A stretch of DNA of 64,000 nucleotides from an uncultured SAR86 cluster bacterium (GCA_902582355.1 CACHRR010000002.1:92864-156863), one strand, 5' to 3'. Positions 28,597 to 38,989 are shown, counted from the first letter of the stretch. The notes: generated by a model not told the origin, from the letters alone. Made by a program: numbers and translations.

Positions 28597-29490
28597 ATGA
28601 TTAATTATCTAATATTTATATCTTTAGTTTTAATATTAAGTATTTTAATTTATATATTATTCAATATTAAAAACAGAGAAGCCTCTAGTTCAGGAAATAA
28701 TCAAAATTTACAAAATAAACTAAATGAGGTCTCAAATGATATCAACAAAATTGAAGTTGATTTGGCATCAGTAACAACACCAATAAATGAGTTGAACAGA
28801 TTTTTAGGAGGAAATGTCACAACCGGAAGACTTGGTGAATGGTCTTTAGAGTCAATTGTCAGAGATATAATGCCCAGCAATAGTTATAATTTTCAAGATA
28901 AAATTAATCCAGAATCAAATGACTTAGTTGATTGTTCTATAACAACTGCAGAAGGAATTATTATTCCAATTGATTCAAAATTCTATGCAGGTCAATATAA
29001 AAATTTTCAATCTGCAAGCACCGATACTGATCGAAATAAAATATTAAATAAGTTAAGAAACGCAATTCTAAATGATGCTGAAGAAATTTCTAATAAATAT
29101 TTATTAAGAAATACAACATCAAATTACGTTGTATTATATATTCCTTCAGAAAAACTAATTGATTTAGTCGGCCAAATAAGTGGCTTGAGACAGGAAAGCT
29201 TCACTGAAAAAAATACCTTAATTTTAGGTCCTAATACTCTTGCTGCTTTTTTAGATATGGTCAGAGCTGGGCATCATTACTTAAAACTTAATGAAACAGC
29301 TTCAAAAGTTGCAAGAGTTGTAAGGAAAATTCAAAAAGAGTTTTCAGATCTTGATTTAAGCACCGAATCTGTTTTGAAAAAATTAAATTTAGCTTCTAAA
29401 GATGTCCACGGACTTCAAAGAAGAGTTAATGTTTTAGGAAGAGAATTGAAAAAAGGAGCTGAAGATTTAGAGGATGAAAAAGAATATTGA
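28597..29490 (+). CDS. rmuC: DNA recombination protein RmuC (short form)
   Basis: 297 aa with an N-terminal TM, a short coiled coil, then an RmuC nuclease-like core (PIDSKFYAGQY, VLYIPSEKL). It is much shorter than the roughly 475-aa E. coli protein. Confidence 0.7.
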   Translation: MINYLIFISLVLILSILIYILFNIKNREASSSGNNQNLQNKLNEVSNDINKIEVDLASVTTPINELNRFLGGNVTTGRLGEWSLESIVRDIMPSNSYNFQDKINPESNDLVDCSITTAEGIIIPIDSKFYAGQYKNFQSASTDTDRNKILNKLRNAILNDAEEISNKYLLRNTTSNYVVLYIPSEKLIDLVGQISGLRQESFTEKNTLILGPNTLAAFLDMVRAGHHYLKLNETASKVARVVRKIQKEFSDLDLSTESVLKKLNLASKDVHGLQRRVNVLGRELKKGAEDLEDEKEY

Positions 29491-29521
29491 ATGCAAAAGA
29501 AAAATTTTTAAAAACTAAATA

Positions 29522-31075
29522 ATGCAAAATTTAAAAATTTGGAATTACGTTTCATTTCCTTGGTTAATATTTACATTGGTTTTTTTTATTGTGTTCTTTT
29601 TTAATGCTTTTTTTGGCGAGTCTGATACTCAATTTATTTCTTATAATTATCTAAAAAATTTATTTCAAAATACTTTTTTACTCTCTATTATGTCAGCAAT
29701 ATTATCAGCTTTGATAGCGGTTCCACTCGCAATTTTAGTAACATTTTATAAATTTCCTGGTCATAAATTTTTTAGCTGGAGCTTAAGTTTATCAATTGCA
29801 TTTCCTGCATATGTATACGCTTTTATATTTGTTGGTATATTTGAATATTCAAGTCCTTTATCTGAATACTTAAGGAGTTTTGATCTTTATTTACCATCAA
29901 TTAAAAATATACATGGAGCATCGATAATAATGTCAATGGCTTTATTCCCATATATTTTTTTAATAACTAAGGCTCAGCTTTCATCTGTTGGGTTAAATAT
30001 ATTCCGAGCAGCAAGATCTCTTGGAGATTCAAATATAGCTGCAATAAGAAAAGTTATTCTTCCATCATTAAGACCGACAATTATTGCTGGTATGGCGCTT
30101 GTGATATTTGAGACAATATCAGATTTTGGTGGAGTCTCGACATTACGTATTGAAACATTTACGGTCGGAATCTATGATGCATGGTTTGGATATCAAAGCT
30201 ATCTTACAGCATCAAAGTTAGCAGGATTTTTATTAATATTTGTTTTTTTAATTATGTTCATTTCAAAAAATTTTGGAATAGAGAGAAGAAATGTGGCTTT
30301 TAAAACAGCAGAGATTTTTGAGAAAATAGAACTTAAGTGGTTTAAGCAAGTAATTATTTCATGTATTTGCTTCTTAATTTTCATAATTATTTTTTGTATT
30401 CCACTTTTTCAGTTACTAATATGGCAACTATCAGAAATGAATATAAGTCTTTTAGACAACATTAAATTTTTACTTAACTCATTGATAATTGGTTCTCTGG
30501 TTTCAATTTTTACAGTATTTATTGCAATAGGTTTATCTTTGAGTTATAGAGGTTCTGCAAAGTTAAGATTTTTAATATCGATCTCTTCTTCAGGATACGC
30601 AATACCTGGATCTGTTGTATCTGCAGGACTTTTAATAGGATTTTATACCTTATTTGGTTCGTCTATAACTTTATATGGTATATATGCATTGCTTTTATGT
30701 TTATGCTTCAGATTCATGACTCCTGCTTTTAATTATATTTCATCTTCATTAACAAACATATCATCATCATCTGAGTATTCCCTATCAACACAACCAAGAA
30801 ATTACTATAGGTCTTTTTTATATTTTTATTTTCCTCAAATGAGACCAGCAATTTTTCTTAGTGTTTTAATTGTATTTATTGAATCAATTAAGGAACAACC
30901 TGCAACCTTATTATTGCGCCCAGTGGGTTTTGATACTCTTTCAACAAGAATTTATAACTATACTAGCGAGGGACAGTGGGAAATGGCAGCAAGTCCAAGT
31001 CTCTTATTAGTTTTTTTAAGCCTTATATTTGTTTATTTAATAAATAAATCTTTTGATCATAATAAACGTTATTAA
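29522..31075 (+). CDS. Fused two-domain ABC transporter permease, iron(III)/thiamine (FbpB/ThiP) type
   Basis: 517 aa with about 12 TM. The first-half EAA loop is AARSLGDSNIAAIRKVILPSLRP. The second half has a degenerate version (SLSTQPRNYYRSFLYFYFPQMRPA). Confidence 0.7.
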   Translation: MQNLKIWNYVSFPWLIFTLVFFIVFFFNAFFGESDTQFISYNYLKNLFQNTFLLSIMSAILSALIAVPLAILVTFYKFPGHKFFSWSLSLSIAFPAYVYAFIFVGIFEYSSPLSEYLRSFDLYLPSIKNIHGASIIMSMALFPYIFLITKAQLSSVGLNIFRAARSLGDSNIAAIRKVILPSLRPTIIAGMALVIFETISDFGGVSTLRIETFTVGIYDAWFGYQSYLTASKLAGFLLIFVFLIMFISKNFGIERRNVAFKTAEIFEKIELKWFKQVIISCICFLIFIIIFCIPLFQLLIWQLSEMNISLLDNIKFLLNSLIIGSLVSIFTVFIAIGLSLSYRGSAKLRFLISISSSGYAIPGSVVSAGLLIGFYTLFGSSITLYGIYALLLCLCFRFMTPAFNYISSSLTNISSSSEYSLSTQPRNYYRSFLYFYFPQMRPAIFLSVLIVFIESIKEQPATLLLRPVGFDTLSTRIYNYTSEGQWEMAASPSLLLVFLSLIFVYLINKSFDHNKRY

Positions 31076-31080
31076 ACAAT

Positions 31081-31566
31081 ATGAGAGAATCTGGTTATAG
31101 ACTAAATGTAGGTTTAATAGTTGCTAATAAAAATGGAGAGCTATTGCTTTGTAAAAGAAAAGGAATGAATAGTTGGCAATTTCCTCAAGGAGGTATTGAT
31201 TTTTCTGAAGATCCATTAAAAGCTGCAAAGAGAGAATTATTTGAAGAAGTAGGTATTAATTCTGAGTCTATAAAATTAATTAACTCTCTTGACAATTGGC
31301 TAAAGTATGACATTCCAGAAAAGAGTCGAAGGAAAAATGTTTTAATGCCACAATTTAAAGGTCAGAAACAAAAATGGTTTTTGTTCAAATTAATAAAACC
31401 AACAGAAATATCTTTTGAGAATGATCCAGATAATGAGTTTGATGATTTTAAGTGGGTCTCGTATTGGTATCCACTAAATGTAATTATTTCATTTAAAGAA
31501 AATGTCTACCGTGAAGCATTAAATGAGTTCAAATATTCTTTCTTCAAAGAGTTTAGTAATGTTTGA
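31081..31566 (+). CDS. rppH: RNA pyrophosphohydrolase (Nudix)
   Basis: 161 aa with Nudix box GGIDFSEDPLKAAKRELFEEVGI and an RppH-like YRLNVGLIV N-terminus. Confidence 0.85.
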   Translation: MRESGYRLNVGLIVANKNGELLLCKRKGMNSWQFPQGGIDFSEDPLKAAKRELFEEVGINSESIKLINSLDNWLKYDIPEKSRRKNVLMPQFKGQKQKWFLFKLIKPTEISFENDPDNEFDDFKWVSYWYPLNVIISFKENVYREALNEFKYSFFKEFSNV

Positions 31567-32350
31567 GGAAATTATAATATTTTGCATATTAGGAATTTTA
31601 GCTGGATTATTGGCGGGAATGTTTGGAATAGGTGGGGGATTGATTATAGTCCCAGTTCTTATTTGGACTTTTGTAAAACTAGGTTTTGATGATTCAGTAA
31701 TTGTTCATTTAGCTATTGGTTCAACTATATCTTGTATTATTTTTACTGGTCTTTCATCCGCAATCGCACATTGGAAGAAAAAGTCAATAAATTTTAGTCT
31801 ATATAAACCAGTCGCATTTGGAATAATTTTAGGCTCATTTTATGGCGCTTTATTTGCTGTTCAAATAGATGGAATATTATTAAAATTAATAATAGCGATT
31901 TTTATACTAATCGTTGGAATACATACTTTATTCAATATAAGAATTTTTTCTAAGGAAATTAAAATAAATAATATAGTATCAGTATTTGCAGGATCTTTTA
32001 TTGGTTTTCTTTCATCAATTCTCGGCATTGGGGGCGGAACTTTTTCTGTACCATATTTTAGAGCTTCAGGACTAAGCCTAACATCTGCAATTGGAACATC
32101 AGCTGCATGTGGAGTACCAATAGCTATTTTTGGAACTATTGGATATATTGTTGCTGGAATAAATGAAGATATACTTCCTAATATGAGTTATGGTTATATT
32201 TATTTGCCAGCTTTGTTTGGCGTTTCAATAACTAGTGTTTTTGCTGCAAAGTATGGAGCTGAATTAGCTCATTACTTGTCTCAAAGTACTTTAAGAAAAC
32301 TCATGGGAACCTGGTTTCTTATGGTTTCTTTAATATTGTTCTTAATATGA
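31559..32350 (+). CDS. TauE/SafE-family anion exporter membrane protein
   Basis: Polytopic with paired G-rich helices (GMFGIGGGLIIVP, GIGGGTFSVP). The start was moved to ATG 31559 (8-nt overlap with rppH) from the track start 31523. Confidence 0.7.
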   Translation: MFEEIIIFCILGILAGLLAGMFGIGGGLIIVPVLIWTFVKLGFDDSVIVHLAIGSTISCIIFTGLSSAIAHWKKKSINFSLYKPVAFGIILGSFYGALFAVQIDGILLKLIIAIFILIVGIHTLFNIRIFSKEIKINNIVSVFAGSFIGFLSSILGIGGGTFSVPYFRASGLSLTSAIGTSAACGVPIAIFGTIGYIVAGINEDILPNMSYGYIYLPALFGVSITSVFAAKYGAELAHYLSQSTLRKLMGTWFLMVSLILFLI

Positions 32351-33156
32351 TCGTTGAATTACCTGCATTTTTTAATAACCCAACTCTTATTGAACTTGGT
32401 CCATTGAAAATTCAGTATTATGCAGTTACTTGGTTGTTATCAGCACTTTTTATTAATTTATATCTCAAAAAAAATAAGATTATAAAAGAAATAGGCCTTA
32501 ATAAAGATGATGTCGATGATATGGTATTTATGTATGGTCTATTTCTCGGTGCAATGTGTGGTGGAAGAATTGGATATATGCTTTTTTATGGTCTGGATCA
32601 ACTTCTAGATAATCCACTATCTTTATTCTATATATGGGAAGGTGGTTTAAGCTTTCATGGTGGTTTAATGGGTGTAGTAATAAGTTTAACAATCTTTTGC
32701 AAACAAAAAAGTATTGAGTTTTTAAGATTGATGGATGGAGTTGCCCTAGCAATGCCAATAGGGCTTGGATTAGTAAGAATAGGAAACTTTTTAAATGGTG
32801 AGTTGTATGGAAGATTGACTAATGGTAATTGGGGATTTATTTTTCAAACTGATCCATTCGGAGCTCTTCGTCATCCCTCACAACTTTATGAAAGTTTTGG
32901 AGAGGGACTTATCCTATTTGGTATATTATTATTTATAAGTACTAAGACGAAAATTAAAGGTATAGTTTGTTCGTCATTTTTAATTTTTTATGGATTAATA
33001 AGATTTTTAATTGAATTTTATAGACAGCCTGATGCTCATATGGGTTTAATTGGTTTTGATACAATTAGCATGGGTCAAATCTTATGTATTCCAATGATTT
33101 TAATAGGATTTATTTTATTTATATACGCAAGGAAAACGCATGAAAGCATATATTAA
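32347..33156 (+). CDS. lgt: Prolipoprotein diacylglyceryl transferase
   Basis: 269 aa. GGRIGYMLFY, GGLSFHGGLMG and RHPSQLYE match Lgt signatures. The lgt-thyA order is as in E. coli. Confidence 0.85.
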   Translation: MIVELPAFFNNPTLIELGPLKIQYYAVTWLLSALFINLYLKKNKIIKEIGLNKDDVDDMVFMYGLFLGAMCGGRIGYMLFYGLDQLLDNPLSLFYIWEGGLSFHGGLMGVVISLTIFCKQKSIEFLRLMDGVALAMPIGLGLVRIGNFLNGELYGRLTNGNWGFIFQTDPFGALRHPSQLYESFGEGLILFGILLFISTKTKIKGIVCSSFLIFYGLIRFLIEFYRQPDAHMGLIGFDTISMGQILCIPMILIGFILFIYARKTHESIY

Positions 33157-34003
33157 TCTTTTAAGACATATTTTAGAAAATGGTGATGAGAAAGATGATA
33201 GAACCAATATTGGAACAATTTCTTCATTTGGGCACCAAATTGAGTTTGATTTAGATAATGGGTTTCCAGCAGTAACAACCAAAACTCTTGCCTGGAAAGG
33301 AGTCGTTTCAGAACTTTTATGGTTTTTAGAAGGATCTGATGATGAACGAAGGTTAGCTGAAATAAGATATTCAAAAAATAGAGATGAGCTTACCAATATT
33401 GAAAAATATTCAACTATTTGGACTGATAATGCTGACAATCAAGGAAGAAGCTTAGGTTATGAAAACAATGATACAAAAAAATTGCTTGGTCCTGTTTATG
33501 GAGTTCAATGGAGAGACTGGAATGGCAAAGATCAGATTACTGATCTGATAAATAATATAAATAAAAATCCGAACGGAAGAAGACATATTCTCTCTGCTTG
33601 GAACGTATCTGAGATTGAAAAAATGGCTCTTCCTCCATGCCATGTTCTATCTCAATTCTATGTTAATAAAGGAAATATAAGTTGTCACCTTTACCAAAGA
33701 AGTGCTGATATGTTTTTAGGAGTGCCTTTCAATATTGCAAGTTATGCGTTGCTTTTAAACATACTTGGAAAAATATTAAAATTAAAACCAAAAAGATTTA
33801 TTCATTCTTTCGGAGATGCTCATATTTATAAAAATACTTTAGATCAAGTAAAAGAACAAATATCTAGGGAGCCCAAATCACTTCCAAAACTTATAATGCC
33901 TCAAATAGAATCTCTTGATGACTTGCATAAATGCGAAGTAAGTGATTTTAAGCTAGAAGGTTATTTTCCTCATCCGCCAATCAAAGCAAAAATGGCTGTA
34001 TAG
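33140..34003 (+). CDS. thyA: Thymidylate synthase (ThyA, long form)
   Basis: 287 aa with DDRTNIGT, GFPAVTTK, catalytic ALPPCH, YQRSADMFLGVPFNIASYALL and a C-terminal HPPIKAKMAV. Confidence 0.9.
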   Translation: MKAYINLLRHILENGDEKDDRTNIGTISSFGHQIEFDLDNGFPAVTTKTLAWKGVVSELLWFLEGSDDERRLAEIRYSKNRDELTNIEKYSTIWTDNADNQGRSLGYENNDTKKLLGPVYGVQWRDWNGKDQITDLINNINKNPNGRRHILSAWNVSEIEKMALPPCHVLSQFYVNKGNISCHLYQRSADMFLGVPFNIASYALLLNILGKILKLKPKRFIHSFGDAHIYKNTLDQVKEQISREPKSLPKLIMPQIESLDDLHKCEVSDFKLEGYFPHPPIKAKMAV

Positions 34004-34513
34004 ATGATTACAATTTCACATGTAGTAGCACTATCAAAAAATAGAGTTATTGGTGTTAATAATGATTTACCTTGGACTTTAAAAACAGATTTACGTCACT
34101 TTAAAGAATATACTTCAAATAAAATTATTGTCATGGGTAGAAAAACCTACGAATCTATTGGCAGACCACTCCCAAATCGAATTAACTTGATCGTCTCAAG
34201 TTCACTAAAAGAAATTAATGGTGCCCAAATTTTCGATAATACTGAAAATGCTTTAGAAAGTGCCAAGAAGATTTGTATTGATAAAAAACTCAATGAGATT
34301 GTAATTATTGGTGGTGGTTATTTATTTAGAGATACGCTACCAGTAACAAATAAATTAATATTATCAGAAGTTGACTGTGTCATAGAAGGTGATATTTATT
34401 ATCCAGAAATCTGTTTTGATGAATGGAATCAATTGAGTTCAAAAAAATTCAAAAAAGATGAAAGTAACGAGTATAATTTTGTTGTTAAGATTTACGAAAA
34501 GATTGTAAATTAA
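34004..34513 (+). CDS. folA: Dihydrofolate reductase
   Basis: 169 aa with VIGVNNDLPW, MGRKTYESIG and IIGGG. Confidence 0.85.
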   Translation: MITISHVVALSKNRVIGVNNDLPWTLKTDLRHFKEYTSNKIIVMGRKTYESIGRPLPNRINLIVSSSLKEINGAQIFDNTENALESAKKICIDKKLNEIVIIGGGYLFRDTLPVTNKLILSEVDCVIEGDIYYPEICFDEWNQLSSKKFKKDESNEYNFVVKIYEKIVN

Positions 34514-35946
34514 CCTGAATTCATCTGAATGTAATCTCTTCTTAAAGCTAGATTTTTTACTCTAATCTCCTCATTCTCTGTATATTTTAGCCAATTATTC
34601 GCTTGAGTTTTTATCGACTTTTTTTCATCCCTTGCTGCTATTCTAAAATTCTTTCTTGCCTCATTAAATTCCTGAAGCTCAAAATATGCTTGCCCTAATG
34701 TGAGATAGACCTGGGAAATATTTTTAACTTTTCCCTTCTTTAAACCAAGTTTTATTGCGTCAACCGCTTCTTTTACCTTATCTTCTGATAAATATAAGTT
34801 TCCTAATAAGACATATGATTGTCCGTCTTTGGCAATTTTTGCTGCTTTCTCTAAAACTGGTATAGCTCTATCGATTTCTTGCGCCATTCTCCACGAGTCT
34901 GCAAGAAGTTTTAGGTTTTTCTCTGTATCTTTTACAACTGGAACTATTTTTTCTTCTTTTGTATCATCATCTACAATTGTTATCATCTTCTTTTGGCCCG
35001 AGGTCATGACTTGTGCGGCCCAGTAAGGATTCTTATTGAGCAATAAAAGCTGTGTAAGTGCTAAGTATTCAGACTCCTTATCAAGAAAATCTTTCTGAAA
35101 GGCCGCTTTTAATGTAATCATATAGTCTTTTTCTCTACCTAGCTGCCCATATGAACCACCAAGTTGGATAAAATATAATTTTTTTGGATACAAATTAACC
35201 AATATTTCATATATGCCTACTTGTCTCAGGAGAGATTCCTTTTCCCCAATTTCTTTTTTAAGCTCATTGATGCATGCTGCGAGAAGCACATACCAATTCT
35301 CTTTTGGTTTGTATTGCTCTTCTTCTGCCATTGAAATTGATTTTTCGAGCGATGACATAGACTTCCTAAAATCGCCTAATTGAAAATATGCTTGACCTAA
35401 AAGTGCATATGATTGAGCCGTTACTTTCTCTACTTGACTCATCCATTCTAAAATAAGCTCTACACCTCTTTGATAATTTCCTTGAGCTAAATTTAGTTGT
35501 GCTAAAGCAAATATAGCTGAATTGCGAAGGCCAATGGTAACTTCTGGTTCATTAATTAAATTCTTATAAGAATCCATCGCTAGTGGATATTTTTCTTCTT
35601 GCATATATAAATATGCCCATGCATTCCACATGACGGATCGATCATAACTTTTTAAATCATTCTTTTTGCTAAGTAGTTCTGTAAGAATATTTTTTACGGT
35701 TTCATAATCAGGTGCGGACTCACCATTTTCATCTACTTCTTCAAGAGCTTCATAAACTTTCGCCATTTTTTTTGCAGTAGACGTTTGAAGTGCTCTAGCT
35801 TTTTTATATTTTATAGGTTTCTTTTTTATTTCATCTTCAGCTGCGATTGCTGCTTCAATGTTTGCTGAAAAGAATGAGAACGATAATACTAAAGCTGAAA
35901 ATAAATATATGGTGTAAATTCTTTTCATAATAATTTTAAGAGTCAT
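34510..35946 (-). CDS. Periplasmic TPR-repeat protein of the TonB cluster (TtpD-like)
   Basis: 478 aa with a signal-like N-terminus and multiple A/Y/L-spaced TPR-type helices (LGQAYFQLGDF, LGQAYFELQEF). Its start overlaps the tonB stop. Confidence 0.7.
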   Translation of the reverse strand: MTLKIIMKRIYTIYLFSALVLSFSFFSANIEAAIAAEDEIKKKPIKYKKARALQTSTAKKMAKVYEALEEVDENGESAPDYETVKNILTELLSKKNDLKSYDRSVMWNAWAYLYMQEEKYPLAMDSYKNLINEPEVTIGLRNSAIFALAQLNLAQGNYQRGVELILEWMSQVEKVTAQSYALLGQAYFQLGDFRKSMSSLEKSISMAEEEQYKPKENWYVLLAACINELKKEIGEKESLLRQVGIYEILVNLYPKKLYFIQLGGSYGQLGREKDYMITLKAAFQKDFLDKESEYLALTQLLLLNKNPYWAAQVMTSGQKKMITIVDDDTKEEKIVPVVKDTEKNLKLLADSWRMAQEIDRAIPVLEKAAKIAKDGQSYVLLGNLYLSEDKVKEAVDAIKLGLKKGKVKNISQVYLTLGQAYFELQEFNEARKNFRIAARDEKKSIKTQANNWLKYTENEEIRVKNLALRRDYIQMNSG

Positions 35947-36637
35947 CTAAAATATAAGTAAATCTGTGTAAAACTCCATCAACAGGAACAGCCTTACCAT
36001 CCACAATTTTTGGTTTGTACTTTAATTTTAATGCAGCTCTTGCTGATGCGCTATTAAACATTGTACATGGTCTAAATTCAACATCTGGATCAGTTGGGCT
36101 TTTATTAGAACAAAAACCATCAACTGCTTTTGCATTTTCTACGCTTCCTGTTTCGGTTATTGTAAATTCAACTAGAGCGTATCCCATGGTACCTCTTTCC
36201 TGAGCCCTTCTTGGATATATTGGCACAACTTTAAATAGAGGTATATATTCGCCATCTCTAAAAAAAGATCCTCCAGTTTTAAAGTTTGCTTTTGGTTTCG
36301 CTATAGATACATCCAATCCCGTTAGTGGAGCCAAGTCCAGCTCTGGTTGAGCAATATCCTCAGGTTGCTCATCTGGCTTTTCAGGCTTATCAACTTCAGT
36401 TAAGAATGTATCAATTTGCCTTTCTGGCATCACAACGTCAGCAAGTTTTACAGATGTATCTTCTTTTAAACCACTATCACCGAGTGATATTAAAATTACC
36501 ATAACGAAAAATAATGCCAAGGTTATTGCAGATGAAAATCCTATGCCAGCAACATATTTATTTGCATTAAAAGCTTTTACATAAATATCATGAATGGGTT
36601 TAGTAATAAGGCTTAATATGGAAAGAACCTGATTCAT
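35936..36637 (-). CDS. tonB: Energy transducer TonB
   Basis: 233 aa with an N-terminal anchor helix, a Pro/Glu-rich spacer (KPEKPDEQPEDIAQPE) and a C-terminal TonB_C-like YPRRAQERGTMGYALVEF. Confidence 0.75.
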   Translation of the reverse strand: MNQVLSILSLITKPIHDIYVKAFNANKYVAGIGFSSAITLALFFVMVILISLGDSGLKEDTSVKLADVVMPERQIDTFLTEVDKPEKPDEQPEDIAQPELDLAPLTGLDVSIAKPKANFKTGGSFFRDGEYIPLFKVVPIYPRRAQERGTMGYALVEFTITETGSVENAKAVDGFCSNKSPTDPDVEFRPCTMFNSASARAALKLKYKPKIVDGKAVPVDGVLHRFTYILDDS

Positions 36638-36640
36638 ACG

Positions 36641-37051
36641 TTATTTTGGTTCTGATGCTAATGATATGGCATTAACTCCAGCTTCTCTTGCTCCATCCAT
36701 AACTTTTATTATTGTATCGGCCACAGCTTTCTCATCAGCTTGAATAACAACTGAACCCTTAGGATTATCTGCTAGCAACTTAACAACATTTGCCTTTACT
36801 TGTCTAACATCAATTCTTCTTCCATCCATCCATACTTCTCCAGTTGGGCCAACTGCAATTAAGATAGCAGCATTTTCTTGTGTCTCAGCAGTATCAGAAT
36901 CTGGTCTGTTTATTTCAAGTCCTGGTTCTTTGATAAAATTTGCCGTAACAATAAAAAATATGAGCATGATGAATACAACATCTAGCATTGGTGTTAAATT
37001 TATTTCACTTTCTTCATCTTTTACTGCACTACTTATAGCATTTCTTCTCAT
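36641..37051 (-). CDS. exbD: Biopolymer transport protein ExbD/TolR
   Basis: 136 aa. INLTPMLDVVFIMLIFFIV with the conserved TM Asp, followed by a periplasmic domain. Confidence 0.85.
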   Translation of the reverse strand: MRRNAISSAVKDEESEINLTPMLDVVFIMLIFFIVTANFIKEPGLEINRPDSDTAETQENAAILIAVGPTGEVWMDGRRIDVRQVKANVVKLLADNPKGSVVIQADEKAVADTIIKVMDGAREAGVNAISLASEPK

Positions 37052-37060
37052 TTAACTCTC

Positions 37061-37591
37061 CTATAATTCTCTTTTAATTAGCTCTCTTAAATCATTAGTA
37101 TGCCTGTCTGATGCGCTACTTAAATAAATACTTGCAAAAACTCCTGATAAAGCTACAACCATTCCAGCCATAGTAGGCAAAGTTGCTTTTGAAACTCCTC
37201 CAGCCATAGCTCTTGCATCTCCACCACCATTAAATGCCATTACTTGAAAAACTTCTATCATCCCTGTTACTGTTCCCAAAAGTCCAAATAAGGGAGCTAA
37301 AACAACACAAGTTTGAATAATAGTTAAATTTCGATTTATTTCTACTCTTGCTTGAGAGAGCATTTTTTCTCTAATCTGGAGTGCATGCCAAGAAGTTTTA
37401 TCAGATCTATTGTTCCATTTGCCAGCTAGATCTTGAACATAAAATTCATGACCATGTGAGAAATACCATATTCTCTCAAAGATCATTGACCACATAAAAA
37501 ATACTAGTATTGCAATTAACCATAAGACGCTACCACCAGCCTCCATAAAATCTCTAATGGAAGAAAATGATTCAGCTACAGCATACAACAT
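37061..37591 (-). CDS. exbB: MotA/TolQ/ExbB proton-channel protein
   Basis: 176 aa with three TM helices and the LGLLGTVTGMIEVF signature. Confidence 0.85.
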   Translation of the reverse strand: MLYAVAESFSSIRDFMEAGGSVLWLIAILVFFMWSMIFERIWYFSHGHEFYVQDLAGKWNNRSDKTSWHALQIREKMLSQARVEINRNLTIIQTCVVLAPLFGLLGTVTGMIEVFQVMAFNGGGDARAMAGGVSKATLPTMAGMVVALSGVFASIYLSSASDRHTNDLRELIKREL

Positions 37592-37600
37592 AGATAGTTT

Positions 37601-38989
37601 TTATGATCCCTCTGCCCTTTCAGCAAGAATTCCAGTGCTTTGTTCCTCAAGAACACTAATAATTCCCTTTGCTGAAGACGCAGTAAATGAATGTAATAAT
37701 GTTGTAGGTATAGCAACGAGAAGGCCTAATACAGTTGTTACGAGTGCTTGAGATATTCCACCAGCCATTAGCTTTGGATCACCAGTTCCATAAAGAGTAA
37801 TCATTTGGAAAGTCACAATCATTCCAGTTACTGTTCCTAAAAGTCCTGCTAAAGGTGCAACAACTGATATTATTCTTACAGCGCCAATACCTTTTTCTAT
37901 AGAAGGTCTCTCTGCCATTATTGCCTCAGCTAGCTTAAGCTCTAATGTATCAATATCTTTGTTAAAGTTTTCTTCCCCAACTTTGAGAACTCTTCCTAAA
38001 GGATTTCTAATATCAACAGCTTTTGTATTAGCTTGAGCTTTTACAGCTCTACCTAGAACATATAGACTCCATAGTTTCCAAAAAGCAATACCAATACCAA
38101 TCAAACCAACAAATATAATTGCATAGCCAACTTCTCTTCCTTGAGCAGCTCTTTCTGCTAAAGATGGAGTTTGTATTAAGTTTGCTAATAGACTTCCTCC
38201 AGTTGGGCCTGTTGGATCAATACCAAATCTAACTTGTTCGCCGACCTCAGCATCACCAATTCTTTTTGCTGTTTTTGTATATCTTCCAGCAGGCTGTCTA
38301 GGCAGAAATGCATATTGTCCAGATGCAGTTACATATTCGAGATATTTACCATCACAAACTGCATTAAATAAACCAACTCTAGTAACATTGCAAGAAGATG
38401 TTTCTCCATCTACATCGATTACTGTTGTATCAAATGAAACCACTTGACCACTTGAGGCCATTTCTCTCTGCAATTCATACCATAAACCTTCAATTTCTCT
38501 TATAGTAGGAAGCTCAGTAGTCTCAGACATTTTTGATGTAAGGTCATTTAAAAAATCAACTCTTTCAGTACCATATTGTGCGCTACTTAGTGATCCTGAA
38601 AATTGAACAGCAGCCTCACCAGCAGAACTTTGAAGATGTCCAAATAATTCTACAAGTGAACCTAATTCTTTTTGATAAGCTTCTTCTTTAACTCTAAGAA
38701 TTTCTTCATTTTTTTTGTATTCAGCTTCTAGTTGATCAGCTATTCTTTCTTGCCTAGCCAATTCTCTTTTTTCAGCTGCAAGTATTTCGGCTTGCTTACT
38801 TTTATTTGCCAAAAACTTAGCCTCACGATCAGCATTCACAGATTGCTCTTGAGTTTTTCCTTCCTTGACTAATAGTAAAAGAGCTTCAACTGTTGAGACT
38901 TCTGAAGTCTCTTCTTCTGACTCTTGCGCATATATAAATCCGTTAATACAAAGAGATGCTAAAAATAAAATTGATAAATATTTGTTCAC
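37601..38989 (-). CDS. Large MotA/TolQ/ExbB-family protein with periplasmic coiled-coil N-domain (TtpC-like)
   Basis: 462 aa with a signal peptide, a long coiled coil and a C-terminal ExbB core (AGLLGTVTGMIVTFQ). Confidence 0.75.
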   Translation of the reverse strand: MNKYLSILFLASLCINGFIYAQESEEETSEVSTVEALLLLVKEGKTQEQSVNADREAKFLANKSKQAEILAAEKRELARQERIADQLEAEYKKNEEILRVKEEAYQKELGSLVELFGHLQSSAGEAAVQFSGSLSSAQYGTERVDFLNDLTSKMSETTELPTIREIEGLWYELQREMASSGQVVSFDTTVIDVDGETSSCNVTRVGLFNAVCDGKYLEYVTASGQYAFLPRQPAGRYTKTAKRIGDAEVGEQVRFGIDPTGPTGGSLLANLIQTPSLAERAAQGREVGYAIIFVGLIGIGIAFWKLWSLYVLGRAVKAQANTKAVDIRNPLGRVLKVGEENFNKDIDTLELKLAEAIMAERPSIEKGIGAVRIISVVAPLAGLLGTVTGMIVTFQMITLYGTGDPKLMAGGISQALVTTVLGLLVAIPTTLLHSFTASSAKGIISVLEEQSTGILAERAEGS

